This document shows positions 36,081 to 45,630 of a stretch of DNA of 64,000 nt, piece after piece; within the stretch, counting starts at the first letter, position 1; every line of letters starts with the position of its first letter. Position numbers and translations under genes: made by a program. Location of the stretch: NCBI GenBank assembly GCA_049283795.1, contig JBAPWQ010000049.1, positions 13,400-77,399 of the forward strand. Reading direction: 5' to 3'. The stretch is from Desulfobacterales bacterium (GTDB lineage Bacteria > Desulfobacterota > Desulfobacteria > Desulfobacterales > SG8-13). The notes under the pieces were generated by a model. It was not told the origin of the DNA and did no database searches. It saw only the letters and a program-made list of their open reading frames with translations.

Positions 36081-36401
36081 TCAACTGCAGGCATAGTTTT
36101 CCTCGTCGCTTTCCGATCGCCAGTCGTTGCAGGACACGTAGTGATGGCACTCCGGGCAATAAAAATAGTTCGGGAAGCAGTTTTCCCCGCACCGCCGGCA
36201 TTTTCGCCCCTCGTCAGGTTTTTGCCTGGCCTTGATTTTCTTCACTCCATTTTGAATTAATCGGTATTTCCGCCTTTCCTGAGCCAGCTGCTTGCGGCGT
36301 CTTTCCTCCTGGCAGGCCTTGCGCTCGCAATAGGCGCGCGTGGCCTGTTTGGGGGGAACGTGAAACTCTTTTCCGCAAACCCGGCAGGTTCGTTTAAGCA
36401 T
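36081..36401 (-). CDS. Cys-rich zinc-ribbon hypothetical protein (106 aa)
   Basis: CRVCG...C..C...CRRCG...CPEC pattern with a basic central region. No family recognised. Confidence 0.45.
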   Translation of the reverse strand: MLKRTCRVCGKEFHVPPKQATRAYCERKACQEERRRKQLAQERRKYRLIQNGVKKIKARQKPDEGRKCRRCGENCFPNYFYCPECHHYVSCNDWRSESDEENYACS

Positions 36402-36614
36402 TTTAGATCACCATACTTGCCTATCAAAAGGTAACATGAAAACGGGACGAGTGGCCGGCTCGACGGGTCGATATCGGTTTCGAAACGGACGCACTACACC
36501 TATTTTAATGCAACGGGGCAAATACAGCTTGCTTGAGGAAGGAAGCTCCGCGGAACATCAGGTCAACCCAAGTAAGCCTGAAAATTGATTACCATGTCAC
36601 CGTATCCTAAGCAC

Positions 36615-36634
36615 ATATTGCACAATTGCAATAT
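36615..36634. promoter_or_regulatory. Perfect 8-bp inverted repeat (operator-like palindrome)
   Basis: ATATTGCA-caat-TGCAATAT sits in the 619-nt intergenic region between divergent genes. Confidence 0.3.
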
Positions 36635-36700
36635 GGACGATTTTCAGCGTGCCTTGACACCGCCATAAGGCCGGTTTAGTATTGGCGGGCTTTGAGGAAT

Positions 36701-36755
36701 GGGTTGAGCCGGTTTGCCCGTTGGCCGGTTGAGCCGGTTAGTCGGTTTGCCCGGT
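36701..36755. repeat. Short-period GCCGGTT-type tandem repeat tract (family copy 2)
   Basis: gggttgagccggtttgcccgttggccggttgagccggttagtcggtttgcccgg. A 24-nt block, gcccgtt[a/g]gccggttgagccggtt, is shared with 4782..4805 with one mismatch. Confidence 0.6.
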
Positions 36756-36823
36756 GAATGGGGATAATCTTCAATTTAAACAGGGGAGCGCTTAAAAACC
36801 GAACTTATTTTGCTTCGCTCACA

Positions 36824-36912
36824 ATTGGAATAATGGAACAATGGAATGATGGAAGATTGAAACCATTGGTGTTCCATTTTCTCATATTCCAATATATTCC
36901 ATCATTCCATTC
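36824..36912. repeat. AT-rich inverted repeat built from 8-nt-period GGAAnnAT units
   Basis: ggaataat|ggaacaat|ggaatgat|ggaagatt on the left. The 15-bp perfect inverted match is aatggaatgatggaa (36840..36854) against ttccatcattccatt (36897..36911). Confidence 0.45.
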
Positions 36913-37020
36913 AGGCGGCATAAAACCAGTGCCGCTAAAACTGTCGATGGTGTTTCGCAGCCATATTTTGTTTTTCCACCGCAGCCAGCGGTGGAATCCT
37001 CAACCAGGAGAGTAAACCCA

Positions 37021-37401
37021 ATGAAAATCGCTTTTCCGACTCAAGTCGATCAAGGGCTGGAGAGCCCGGTTTTTGCCCATTTCGGCTCGGCCGACTACTT
37101 TCTGGTCGTCGACGATGCCGCGGGCTCGGTTGAAACCATCGTCAATGCCGATCGCGATCATCTTCACGGCCACTGCCAGCCGCTGGCGGCCCTGGGGGGT
37201 GTCAAAGTGGATGCTGTGGTGGTCGGCGGCATCGGCGGCGGCGCATTACAGAAACTTTTGTCTTCCGGCATAAAGGTTTACCGCGCGGTCGAGGGGACGC
37301 TAAGCCAGAACCTGGGTCTTATTCGGGACAACCGGCTGCCGGAATTTTCGTTCAACATGACCTGTGCCGGTCACGGGGCTCACGGCGGCTGTGCACATTG
37401 A
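37021..37401 (+). CDS. NifB/NifX-family (dinitrogenase iron-molybdenum cofactor biosynthesis domain) protein
   Basis: ATG at 37021 (AGGAGAG RBS), giving 126 aa. Motifs MKIAFPT...HFGSADYFLVVD and VDAVVVGGIGGGALQKLLSSGIKVY are typical of this small family. Confidence 0.7.
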   Translation: MKIAFPTQVDQGLESPVFAHFGSADYFLVVDDAAGSVETIVNADRDHLHGHCQPLAALGGVKVDAVVVGGIGGGALQKLLSSGIKVYRAVEGTLSQNLGLIRDNRLPEFSFNMTCAGHGAHGGCAH

Positions 37402-37514
37402 CCGGTGACCGTTGCGCTGACGATTTTCTGAAAGGCCGAACGAACGGCAGACCGGACGCAAACTGTTTTTTTCGAACTCAGCGGATGAAATGAAAACGAC
37501 GAAAGGAGCGTGCC

Positions 37515-37775
37515 ATGCCGCTTTTTGACTACCTTTGCCTCGACTGCGGCCAGGTGAGTGAAATTTTTTCATCGAACCAGGCGGAAACTCCGCAGTGCAA
37601 AAGCTGCGCGAGCACCCGGCTTAAAAAGATGCTGTCGGCCTCATCACCTCTCTCCGGCGTCCAGGCCCGCAGCCTTCCCGGCCGCGGCGACACGTCCTGC
37701 TGCGGTTCCACGCCTTCGCATGCCGGTTGCGCCGGTCCCGGTAGCTGTTGCGGCAAGGCGAACACGGTCCGTTGA
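37515..37775 (+). CDS. FmdB-family zinc-ribbon protein
   Basis: 86 aa. N-terminal MPLFDYLCLDCG...CKSC is typical of the FmdB putative regulatory family. Cys/Gly-rich tail. AAAGGAG RBS. Confidence 0.7.
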   Translation: MPLFDYLCLDCGQVSEIFSSNQAETPQCKSCASTRLKKMLSASSPLSGVQARSLPGRGDTSCCGSTPSHAGCAGPGSCCGKANTVR

Positions 37776-37987
37776 CCGGCGCCTCATCACCCCGAAACAC
37801 CAACGTCTTCTTTCGCGAACCGTAAGCTTTGACCTATCCAGGGGGCGCTACTTGGCCGGTATATAGGGGATAGGGATGCCCCACCACTCCTGAGTGGTTG
37901 ATTGCTCAACATCGACCGCCGATGGATTCTTGTACCCCCCATGCCGAAGGCGGCGTGGTCCCAGTTGCGGTACAGGGTGCTGTGTTC

Positions 37988-38068
37988 CTAAAATTCAGAT
38001 TCCCGCGCCATGTGCCCACACCCCGTCAGAAACATCACCACCATACCGATAATGAAAAGTTTTTTCAT
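37988..38068 (-). CDS. Candidate 26-aa lipoprotein
   Basis: Hand translation MKKLFIIGMVVMFLTGCGHMARESEF with lipobox LTGC and AAAGGAGGAAAG directly upstream. It ends at a TAG. Confidence 0.3.
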   Translation of the reverse strand: MKKLFIIGMVVMFLTGCGHMARESEF

Positions 38069-38325
38069 CTTTCCTCCTTTCTGTTGTTGTTTTTTTAACA
38101 TTCCGGCACAAAAAAAAATATTCCCGTTATCGAGTGGGACACTGGCATGTTGACGCCTTGGCAACACTCCCCTTGCAACAGGGATGCCGACGAACGGGCG
38201 TCCGTGTCATTTTTCTTTAATTGCCGAAACCTTACGAACGGGGGTGGGTTTTTCAAGGTAACGCGAAGCCGATTGTCCGATAACGCCTGCTGCCCGCGGC
38301 GACCGCCGCGGCAAGTTCAGCGCGT

Positions 38326-38514
38326 TCAGTTTACATCCGTCGAAAGGCGGCTGAAGGAAGCAATCCCGTCAAACAGGCTCTCGGAGGTTAGCGCAGTTTC
38401 GATGAGTCCGCTGCCACAGTGAGGACAGACCATCTCCGGGGTTTCGTCGCCCTTGAATACCACTCGGCTGAACGTGTGATCGCAGGCTTTGCATATAAGA
38501 TCCACAGACGGCAT
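38326..38514 (-). CDS. Zinc-ribbon protein (FmdB-like, 62 aa)
   Basis: CKAC...CPHCG ribbon. Only 29 nt separate its start from the divergent gene at 38544. Weak RBS. Confidence 0.45.
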   Translation of the reverse strand: MPSVDLICKACDHTFSRVVFKGDETPEMVCPHCGSGLIETALTSESLFDGIASFSRLSTDVN

Positions 38515-38543
38515 AATTTCACATCCGTTTAATTGGGGAGGCC

Positions 38544-39050
38544 ATGAAATTTGAAAGCAAATTGGTTCCGGTTTTAAGAGAGGCCGTTGGAATCGTGAAG
38601 GCCGTGGCGTTCAAGCGTCTCAGGGCCGGCCTGCCGGAAAAATACCCCGAACAGGATTCCGTGTACCACAACCGGCTGGCCGGGGCCGTGGTCAACGAAC
38701 TTTTCGGGACTCCCAACAGCGAGGCGGTATTTGTGGACTTTAACGCCCGCAACCGCGACTGCATCCAGGCCGAGCTGAATGCCGCAGCCCCGGCGTTAAA
38801 TGACCTGCGGGTCCCGTTGACCGACGCGTTGCGGGTGCAGTTTTTGTGCGACACCCTTGAGGGAATCGACAGTGATCCCGTGCTGAAACGCGCCAAGGAT
38901 CTCGGTATTCTCATGGTTAACCGTGAGGTGCCGCTGCCCAGGACGTTCATGGACCTGGTGCGCCGGCTCGGAGTGGCGCACCATCTTCTGCAGCCTTCGG
39001 TGCTGCCGGATGAAAACGAAGATAGCGGCCGGCCGGCAAACCCGGATTAG
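38544..39050 (+). CDS. Hypothetical protein (168 aa)
   Basis: GGGGAGG RBS. No family recognised. Confidence 0.5.
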   Translation: MKFESKLVPVLREAVGIVKAVAFKRLRAGLPEKYPEQDSVYHNRLAGAVVNELFGTPNSEAVFVDFNARNRDCIQAELNAAAPALNDLRVPLTDALRVQFLCDTLEGIDSDPVLKRAKDLGILMVNREVPLPRTFMDLVRRLGVAHHLLQPSVLPDENEDSGRPANPD

Positions 39051-39331
39051 ACCGATCGCGAGAGCGATAAGGTCATAAACCGATGGCAAGCGGAAAAAAA
39101 CCTGCCGAAAATCGGCCCGCAGCGGCCCATTTTTTGGCAGTCGTGCGGGGCAAGAAAAGCGGGCATTGCCTAACATATTAAAATAAAAGAGAATCGGTTA
39201 TTATTATAAGTTAGGCATATTTCTTGCTTAAATTCTCGCAACGACGTCATACTCAAATTCCGTTGCGGTGCCAAAATCTTTTTCTTAAAGCCATAGCATC
39301 GAGTCAATCGACAAACGAAGGGGGATTCCCG

Positions 39332-39535
39332 GTGATCTGTGGACACTGCTACCACCAAAAAGACTGTAAACGGAAGCCTACCGCTGACGGCCGCTGCGAT
39401 GATTACCTCAAAAACGGCCGGATCGATTTAGATGATGAACTCGACATCAACCCGATGGACACCTTTACCGTCGATTACGAAACTCTCAAAAAGCTGTTCA
39501 AGGATTTGCACGAAGAACAGACAAAGCCGGATTGA
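39332..39535 (+). CDS. Small hypothetical protein (67 aa) with an N-terminal CxxC
   Basis: GTG at 39332 with GAAGGGGGA upstream, in frame inside track ORF 39224..39535. Confidence 0.3.
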   Translation: MICGHCYHQKDCKRKPTADGRCDDYLKNGRIDLDDELDINPMDTFTVDYETLKKLFKDLHEEQTKPD

Positions 39536-39777
39536 CGCGCTTGCCATTTTACCTGCCACCTTCAGGCCTCTTCGGTAGTTCTTCGATCTTTACCGCTTGA
39601 TATCCTAAAGGAAATTTCCTAAACATCGCCGGTAAACGGCTTGCGATCCAGCAGCGGCGCCGGGACAAAACGACGCGGCCAAGTGGTCGCCTCGGCCACG
39701 TGACCGGCGTTCACGGGTGGCCCGGTCGCTGTCCGTCTTGTACGGCGCCGTTTCCCGGATCACTCGGTTTTTTAGGC

Positions 39778-41655
39778 TCACTCCAGTTCGTCGAAGCGGC
39801 ATTTCAGATAGACGCCCTCGCCGTCATATGATGTTTTGACTTTGTAGGGCAGGGTCTTAAACAGCCGGATCATCGCCTGGTTGTGCGGGGCGGTGTAGGC
39901 GATCAGGCCCGCGACCCCATTTTCGCGCGCGGCATCCGCCAGTTTGCGCATGATGCGGCGGCTGAGCCCTTTGTTCTGGTATTTTGCGTTCACCGAAAAC
40001 GCCACCTCGGCCATGTTGCTGTCCGCCAGCAGCATGCTCTCGCCCACGGCCACCACCCGGCCGAAGCCGAACTCCCCCACCACCCCGAGGAGCGTCAGGT
40101 CTTTGACGTAGTCGATCTGCGATTTGCTCTCTATATCCTTGCGGTCGAAACTGGTTTTTTCGTGGAAGAAGCGCGAAAAAATGTCGTCCTTGTCGAGATT
40201 GTAATAATGTTCCTGGATGCGGCGCTCGTCCACCGGTTTGGCGGGTCGGATGGTGACTTCTTCACCGTCGATGTCGAGGGTTTCCTCGAGGCGGACGGGG
40301 TAGATCCCCCGCACGGCCTCTCCCAGGGACCTTTCTGGTCCGATCATGCCGGCATGCTTGGCCCGCTCGAAGAGTTCCTTCCTGAAGTCCGGGTGGGCAA
40401 TTCCGATCATGGCGATCACCCGTTCCTGGTAGCTCTTGCCGAACAGGTTGACCACGCCGTATTCCGTGACCACATAGTGGACATCGCCGCGCGGGACCAC
40501 GACCGCCGTTTCGCCGAGCGTCGGAACGATGTTGCTGGACTTCCCATCCTCCGAGGTGGCAAACAGCATCAGGATCGATTTGCCGCCCGGTGCCCGCCGC
40601 GCCCCGCGGACGAAATCGGGGATGCCGGAGACGCCGGCGTAAAACGTCTGGGCCGAGGCCTCGGCCGCCACCTGGCCGGTGAGGTCGATGGCCTTGGCGA
40701 CATTGATCGACACCATCCGGTTGTGGCGCGAGATGACGAACGGATCGTTGACATAGTCCGATGGACGAAAATCGACCGCCGGATTGTCATCGATGAAATC
40801 GTAGAGGCCGCGGGAGCCGATCGCGGCCGACGCGACCAGTTTGCCGTCGTTGAACCCCTTCTTACGGTTGGTGATGACGCCTTTGGCGTAAAGGTGCATG
40901 ATGTCGTCGATCAGGTACTGGGAATGGATCCCCAGGTCGTTTTTATGGGACAGGGCTTGCAGGGTCGCCTGGGAGGCGGCATCCAGACCGATCTGCAGGG
41001 TGGAGCCGTCTTCGATGAGCCGCGCGATATGCTGTCCGATGCGGGCGGCCGCCGGCGATGACGGCCGGGGACCGACGGCCAGCAGATCCTCATCGTGCTC
41101 CACGATGACATCCACGTCATTGACATGGATGAAGCTCTGACCCAGCACGCGCGGCATTTTCGAATTGACCTGCGCGATGACCAGGTCCGCCGAAACGGCC
41201 GCCGCCAGGGTGACATCCACCGAAATGCCCAGGCTCATCCAGCCGAAATCATCCGGGGGAGACACCTGGACCAGGGCGACGTTGATCGGCAGTTTGTGAG
41301 CTTTGAACATCCCGGGGACATCCGACATGTTCATGGGGGTTATAAAGCGCTTGTTGCGCGTGATGACCTCGTCCTCGTGGGCCGAGCCGAGATAGATGGT
41401 GCGAACACTAAGGCTGTGATCCTGGGTCCGGTTGGCGATGGCCGTGAGCGACGAGGTTTCCATGCTCATCAGGCGCACGATCTCCAGGCCCGACGAACGG
41501 GGCGCCAGTTCGGAAAGCGTGCGGACCAACGCCTGCGGCTCCCCGCAGGCCGAGCCGATGAAAACGCGCCGTCCCGGCCGGATCAGGCCGATGGCATCGG
41601 TGAGGCTTTTCTTTTTTTCAATGTAACCATCGGCCCAGTATTGAGAACCTGCCAA
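39778..41655 (-). CDS. Bifunctional acetyl-CoA hydrolase/transferase-family protein fused to a C-terminal GNAT acetyltransferase
   Basis: 625 aa with a TTG start (GAGGAGG RBS). The N-terminal ~480 aa has the acetyl-CoA hydrolase/transferase layout. The C-terminal GNAT motif is YQNKGLSRRIMRKLADAAR. Confidence 0.8.
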   Translation of the reverse strand: MAGSQYWADGYIEKKKSLTDAIGLIRPGRRVFIGSACGEPQALVRTLSELAPRSSGLEIVRLMSMETSSLTAIANRTQDHSLSVRTIYLGSAHEDEVITRNKRFITPMNMSDVPGMFKAHKLPINVALVQVSPPDDFGWMSLGISVDVTLAAAVSADLVIAQVNSKMPRVLGQSFIHVNDVDVIVEHDEDLLAVGPRPSSPAAARIGQHIARLIEDGSTLQIGLDAASQATLQALSHKNDLGIHSQYLIDDIMHLYAKGVITNRKKGFNDGKLVASAAIGSRGLYDFIDDNPAVDFRPSDYVNDPFVISRHNRMVSINVAKAIDLTGQVAAEASAQTFYAGVSGIPDFVRGARRAPGGKSILMLFATSEDGKSSNIVPTLGETAVVVPRGDVHYVVTEYGVVNLFGKSYQERVIAMIGIAHPDFRKELFERAKHAGMIGPERSLGEAVRGIYPVRLEETLDIDGEEVTIRPAKPVDERRIQEHYYNLDKDDIFSRFFHEKTSFDRKDIESKSQIDYVKDLTLLGVVGEFGFGRVVAVGESMLLADSNMAEVAFSVNAKYQNKGLSRRIMRKLADAARENGVAGLIAYTAPHNQAMIRLFKTLPYKVKTSYDGEGVYLKCRFDELE

Positions 41656-42004
41656 GATAGACCTCCTCGCTTCGTTGCAGTGAATTGCCGGCCCCCGGTT
41701 GGAGGCGGCCGGTGGTGTAGTGACGTCCTGCGCCGGAGATGTGCGGCAAGGCGGGCCAAGTGGCGCATCAGCCGGATTATGCTTGAGTGCGTGCCGGAGC
41801 CTGTTGATCGGCTGCGACGGCGGCTTTTCTCGGCCAATATAGGTCAGCGACGGCCCAATCGCAACCTAAACCGTCGCAAGGGGCTTCCTCTGTTTTACGA
41901 GGTGTAAAAAAAATGGACGCAAAAAGATCGCACCGGTCGGCGGACTGAATAAATACACCATTTAAATCCAACCAGTTATCACCGAAGGCCTCTGGCGGAC
42001 GGCG

Positions 42005-42020
42005 TGGCATATCTCTTGCT
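42005..42020 (+). promoter_or_regulatory. Sigma-54 (-24/-12) type promoter upstream of glgP
   Basis: TGGCATatctcTTGCT has exact consensus spacing and lies about 95 nt upstream of the ATG at 42113. Confidence 0.5.
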
Positions 42021-42112
42021 TTTTTCGGCAAAGGGCCTCATCGACGGCTAATTTTTGACCCAAAGGGTGCGGCCGGCGGCGGCCAACGGCCACTGAATCA
42101 GAGGAGGGTGCC

Positions 42113-44662
42113 ATGAAACGGATCCTGACCTACCAGGTCCATCCGACCATCCCGGAATCCCTGTCCTTTCTCGAGGTGCTGTCAAGAAACCTCTGGTGGT
42201 GCTGGAAGCCCGATGCGGTGGACCTGTTCAGGCGCATCGAGCCCACGCTCTGGAAGGAATCGAACAACAATCCGATATTTCTTCTTGCGCATGTCAAGCA
42301 GTCCCGGCTGGAGCAACTGGCGGCCGACGACAGTTTCCTGGCGCACCTGAATCATGTCGCCGAACGGTTCCACGAACGGGTGACCAACAATTTGGATCAG
42401 GAGCGGACGATTTTCTCCCGCGTCGGGCCGATCGCCTATTTCTCGATGGAATTCGGCATTCACGAAAGCATGCCTCTTTTTGCCGGCGGTCTGGGTGTGC
42501 TGGCCGGGGATCACCTGAAAGCGGCGTCCAACATGGCCTTGCCTCTGGTGGGGATCGGCCTGATGTACCGAAAGGGGTATTTTCGGCAGTATCTCGATCA
42601 GGAAGGAATGCAGCAGGAGGCCTATCCGGAGGTCGAGCTGTATTACCTTCCGGTCGAAAGGGCCCGGGACGCGGCCGGCAATGAAATCACCATCGAGCTG
42701 ACCGGGCCCGACGGCGGCATCAAGGCCTTTGTCTGGCGGATCAAGGTGGGACGCACCCATTTGTTCCTGCTCGACACCAATTTGCCCGATAACCCGCCCG
42801 AGGCCCGCGAAATCACCGCCCGCCTCTATGCCGCCGAGCCCAAAATCCGCCTGGCGCAGGAAGTGCTGCTGGGAATCGGCGGAATGCGGGCGCTGTCGGC
42901 CCTGGGTATTTTCCCGTCGGTGTGCCACATGAACGAAGGGCACTCGGCGTTTTCGACCCTCGAAAGACTGGCGGTCGTCATGGACCGCTGTCACATCGAC
43001 CTTCAGACCGCGCTGCAGATCGTGCGGCGCTGCACGGTGTTTACGACCCACACCCCGGTGGCCGCCGGGCATGACGTCTTCGCGGCGGATTCCGTCCGGC
43101 CGTGCCTTCGCCCGCTGTGTGAAAGGCTGGGCGTCGAGGAAAGCGAAATTCTGTCCTGGGGCCAACCGCCCGGGGCCGGACCGAATGCGCCCCTGTCGAT
43201 GTTCATTCTGGGCTCGCGTATGTCGCAGTACCGCAACGGCGTCAGCCGGCTGCACGGCATGACCGCCCGCAAGATGTGGGCCGGCCTGTGGCCGGAGCTG
43301 CCCGAAGACGAGGTTCCCATCGCGCACATCACCAACGGGATTCACGTGTCGACCTTCGTGTCCATGGAGTTCAGCCGGCTTTTCGAGCGGCACCTCGGCC
43401 CCGATTGGTACATGAGTTCGCGTCGGCCTGAAAACATCCCGCGCATCGATGAGATCTACGATGAAGAGCTGTGGCAGGCGCACGAAATGAACCGCACCCG
43501 GCTGATCCGCACCTGCCGCGAAATGTTGAAAAAACAGTACGAAAGGCGCAATGCCCCCCGCAGTGCGCTGGCCCGGCTGGAAACGATCCTGGATCCCGAG
43601 ATTCTGACCATCGCCTTCGCCCGGCGCTTTGCCGGATACAAGAGGGCCGATCTGATCCTCCAGGACCCCGAACGCCTCGCCGCCATTCTGCACTCGGGCA
43701 CGCGGCCCGCGCAATTGATTTTCGCGGGCAAGGCGCACCCGCGGGACACCCAGGGCAAGGAGATGATCAAGCGGCTGCTCGAGTTCGTGAGAAGACCGGA
43801 AATTCGCCAGCGGGTGGTCTTTATCGAGGGCTATGACATGAGCCTGGCACGCTGCCTCGTGCAGGGGGCGGACGTGTGGTTGAACACCCCCCGCAGACCC
43901 AACGAGGCCTGCGGGACCTCGGGCATGAAAGCGGCGATCAACGGCGTTCTGAACCTGAGCATCCTGGATGGCTGGTGGTGTGAAGGCTACGCCGAGGACC
44001 GCGGCTGGTGCATCGGCGGCGGCGAGGAATACCAGGACCCGGCCTACCAGGACGCGGTCGAGAGCCAGGCGCTTTACAATGTGCTCGAAAACGAAGTGGT
44101 GCCCTGTTTCTACGAAGAGCGCAACGGCGAACTGCCGGCGCGCTGGGTCAAAATGATGAAGGCCTCGATGAAGATGGCCATGCGGGACTTTTGCAGCCTG
44201 CGGATGGTGGGCGAATACGAGGAGCGCTACTACCAGCCGATCGTTCGGCGCCTCGAGGCCCTGCTCGAGAAAGGCGGGTTGGAAGCCCGCAATCTGGCGA
44301 TCCAGGAAAAAAGGCTGGTCGGCTCCTGGAAGGACATTGCGATCGGGCTGCCGGTGCAAAGCGGCAAGGGCCCTTTTCGAGTCGGCGAGCAGTTCGACGT
44401 CACGGTGGAAGTCTGCCTCGGCGAGTTGAAGCCCGAAGACGTGGACGTGGAGCTTTACAGCGGCCACATGAAGTCGGTGGATGCGCTGGAAGGCGTCTGG
44501 ACAGCGCCGATGGCGGCCGCGGAGTATCTGGGCAACGGGCGCTACCTTTTTGCGGGCCGGGTTCCCTGCCAGGTTTCCGGCCGATACGGTTTCACGGTTC
44601 GGGTGCGGCCCAGTGGCGATGCGGCCATGAAAAACCTTCCGGGGTTGATCGCCTGGGCCTGA
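42113..44662 (+). CDS. glgP: Alpha-glucan (glycogen/maltodextrin) phosphorylase
   Basis: 849 aa. Motifs FSMEFG, GGLGVLAGDHLKAAS and the PLP-lysine motif EACGTSGMKAAINGVLNLSILDGWW. GAGGAGG RBS. Confidence 0.9.
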   Translation: MKRILTYQVHPTIPESLSFLEVLSRNLWWCWKPDAVDLFRRIEPTLWKESNNNPIFLLAHVKQSRLEQLAADDSFLAHLNHVAERFHERVTNNLDQERTIFSRVGPIAYFSMEFGIHESMPLFAGGLGVLAGDHLKAASNMALPLVGIGLMYRKGYFRQYLDQEGMQQEAYPEVELYYLPVERARDAAGNEITIELTGPDGGIKAFVWRIKVGRTHLFLLDTNLPDNPPEAREITARLYAAEPKIRLAQEVLLGIGGMRALSALGIFPSVCHMNEGHSAFSTLERLAVVMDRCHIDLQTALQIVRRCTVFTTHTPVAAGHDVFAADSVRPCLRPLCERLGVEESEILSWGQPPGAGPNAPLSMFILGSRMSQYRNGVSRLHGMTARKMWAGLWPELPEDEVPIAHITNGIHVSTFVSMEFSRLFERHLGPDWYMSSRRPENIPRIDEIYDEELWQAHEMNRTRLIRTCREMLKKQYERRNAPRSALARLETILDPEILTIAFARRFAGYKRADLILQDPERLAAILHSGTRPAQLIFAGKAHPRDTQGKEMIKRLLEFVRRPEIRQRVVFIEGYDMSLARCLVQGADVWLNTPRRPNEACGTSGMKAAINGVLNLSILDGWWCEGYAEDRGWCIGGGEEYQDPAYQDAVESQALYNVLENEVVPCFYEERNGELPARWVKMMKASMKMAMRDFCSLRMVGEYEERYYQPIVRRLEALLEKGGLEARNLAIQEKRLVGSWKDIAIGLPVQSGKGPFRVGEQFDVTVEVCLGELKPEDVDVELYSGHMKSVDALEGVWTAPMAAAEYLGNGRYLFAGRVPCQVSGRYGFTVRVRPSGDAAMKNLPGLIAWA

Positions 44663-44749
44663 GCCGGTGTCCATCCATAAAGGGTCTTTTTTCCGCCGGG
44701 CGGCCGGTCGCAGCGGGTTTCCGGCTGCGGCGTCCATAAGGTACGCCGG

Positions 44750-45583
44750 TCATGGACCGGCGGCTTCATTCAAGGCCCAATCGTAGCGGTGGTCCGAGAT
44801 GCGGGTGATCCGGTCGAGCCGGGTCCGCAAATCGGCGCGCGCGTATTTCTTCAGGTGATCAATGACCCCGGCATCCGTGCCGCCGAAATCGGACTGGAAC
44901 CAGACGTAGAGGCTCGAAACCGTCAGTTTGCCATTTTCTACCTGGACCCCGCGCGGGCTGTTGACGAATTGCCGGGCGCCCTTTTCCAGCAACTCGTCGG
45001 TGTTATCGGCCGTAAACGCTGCGGGGGGCAGGTTCGGGCACCCGATGGAAGCGCAATTGACGCCGTAATGGATCCGGGCGTCCTGCCAGATCGGGCGCAG
45101 AATGCGGTGTTCGATGTCGTCCAGGCCGACCTCTTCTCCTTCCACCCGCACCAGTTTCTTGCCCCACGGGCCGTTGGAAAAAAGCCCGGGCGAGATGTCG
45201 ATCGCTCGGATGCTCCTGACCGGATAGTGATCGAGGATGACCTTGACCGTGGCGGCGTTGTAAAGATTGAGCCAGAAGGCTTTCTGCTCCTTACGGTCGA
45301 GCCGGCTTACCGGTGTCTGCGCCAACTGCCGCAGGTAGTCATCCAGGGCCGTGCGGTCGGCCGCCGAAACCTGGCCGTACCGCACCAGCGTCGCCCCCTC
45401 GGGACCGTTTGTCAGGTAGATTTTTAAAAACCGGTCCCAGGCCGTGTGGTCCACCCGCACGACGGAACCGGGGTCGTTTGCCGTCCAGCGCTCCCAGAGG
45501 TCCGCTGCGGGTGCCGCCGCCGCCGAAGCGGCCCAAACCAGAAAGATCGCTCCAAACAGAGCCGCCAGTATCCTCTTTTGCAT
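44750..45583 (-). CDS. DUF547-domain protein (secreted)
   Basis: Start chosen at the ATG at 45583 (GGGAG 10 nt upstream; the alternative is 45592). It has a signal peptide. FWLNLYNAATVKVILDHYP and IHYGVNCASIGCP are typical of DUF547. Confidence 0.75.
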   Translation of the reverse strand: MQKRILAALFGAIFLVWAASAAAAPAADLWERWTANDPGSVVRVDHTAWDRFLKIYLTNGPEGATLVRYGQVSAADRTALDDYLRQLAQTPVSRLDRKEQKAFWLNLYNAATVKVILDHYPVRSIRAIDISPGLFSNGPWGKKLVRVEGEEVGLDDIEHRILRPIWQDARIHYGVNCASIGCPNLPPAAFTADNTDELLEKGARQFVNSPRGVQVENGKLTVSSLYVWFQSDFGGTDAGVIDHLKKYARADLRTRLDRITRISDHRYDWALNEAAGP

Positions 45584-45630
45584 GGGTCTCATGCTCCCTT
45601 CTGAAGTTGCCGCCACCGGATGATGGGGTG

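Noticed and set aside
36758-37015. 85-aa ORF overlapping the GGAA inverted repeat
   Set aside because: Its translation is driven by the AT-rich repeat (FHFLIFQYIPSFHS). It has no RBS and it overlaps the RBS and start of the NifX-like gene.
37861-38068. TAG read-through (pyrrolysine-style) extending the 26-aa lipoprotein ORF by about 60 codons
   Set aside because: The downstream in-frame sequence (EHSTLYRNWDHAAFGMGGTRIH...) matches no family I recognise. No pyl genes are seen. Even the short ORF is low confidence.
42182-44737. 851-aa ORF on the minus strand spanning the whole glgP locus
   Set aside because: It lies exactly antisense to a gene with unmistakable alpha-glucan phosphorylase motifs. 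Its translation is Arg/Gly/Pro/Ala-rich low-complexity sequence, typical of shadow ORFs in GC-rich DNA.
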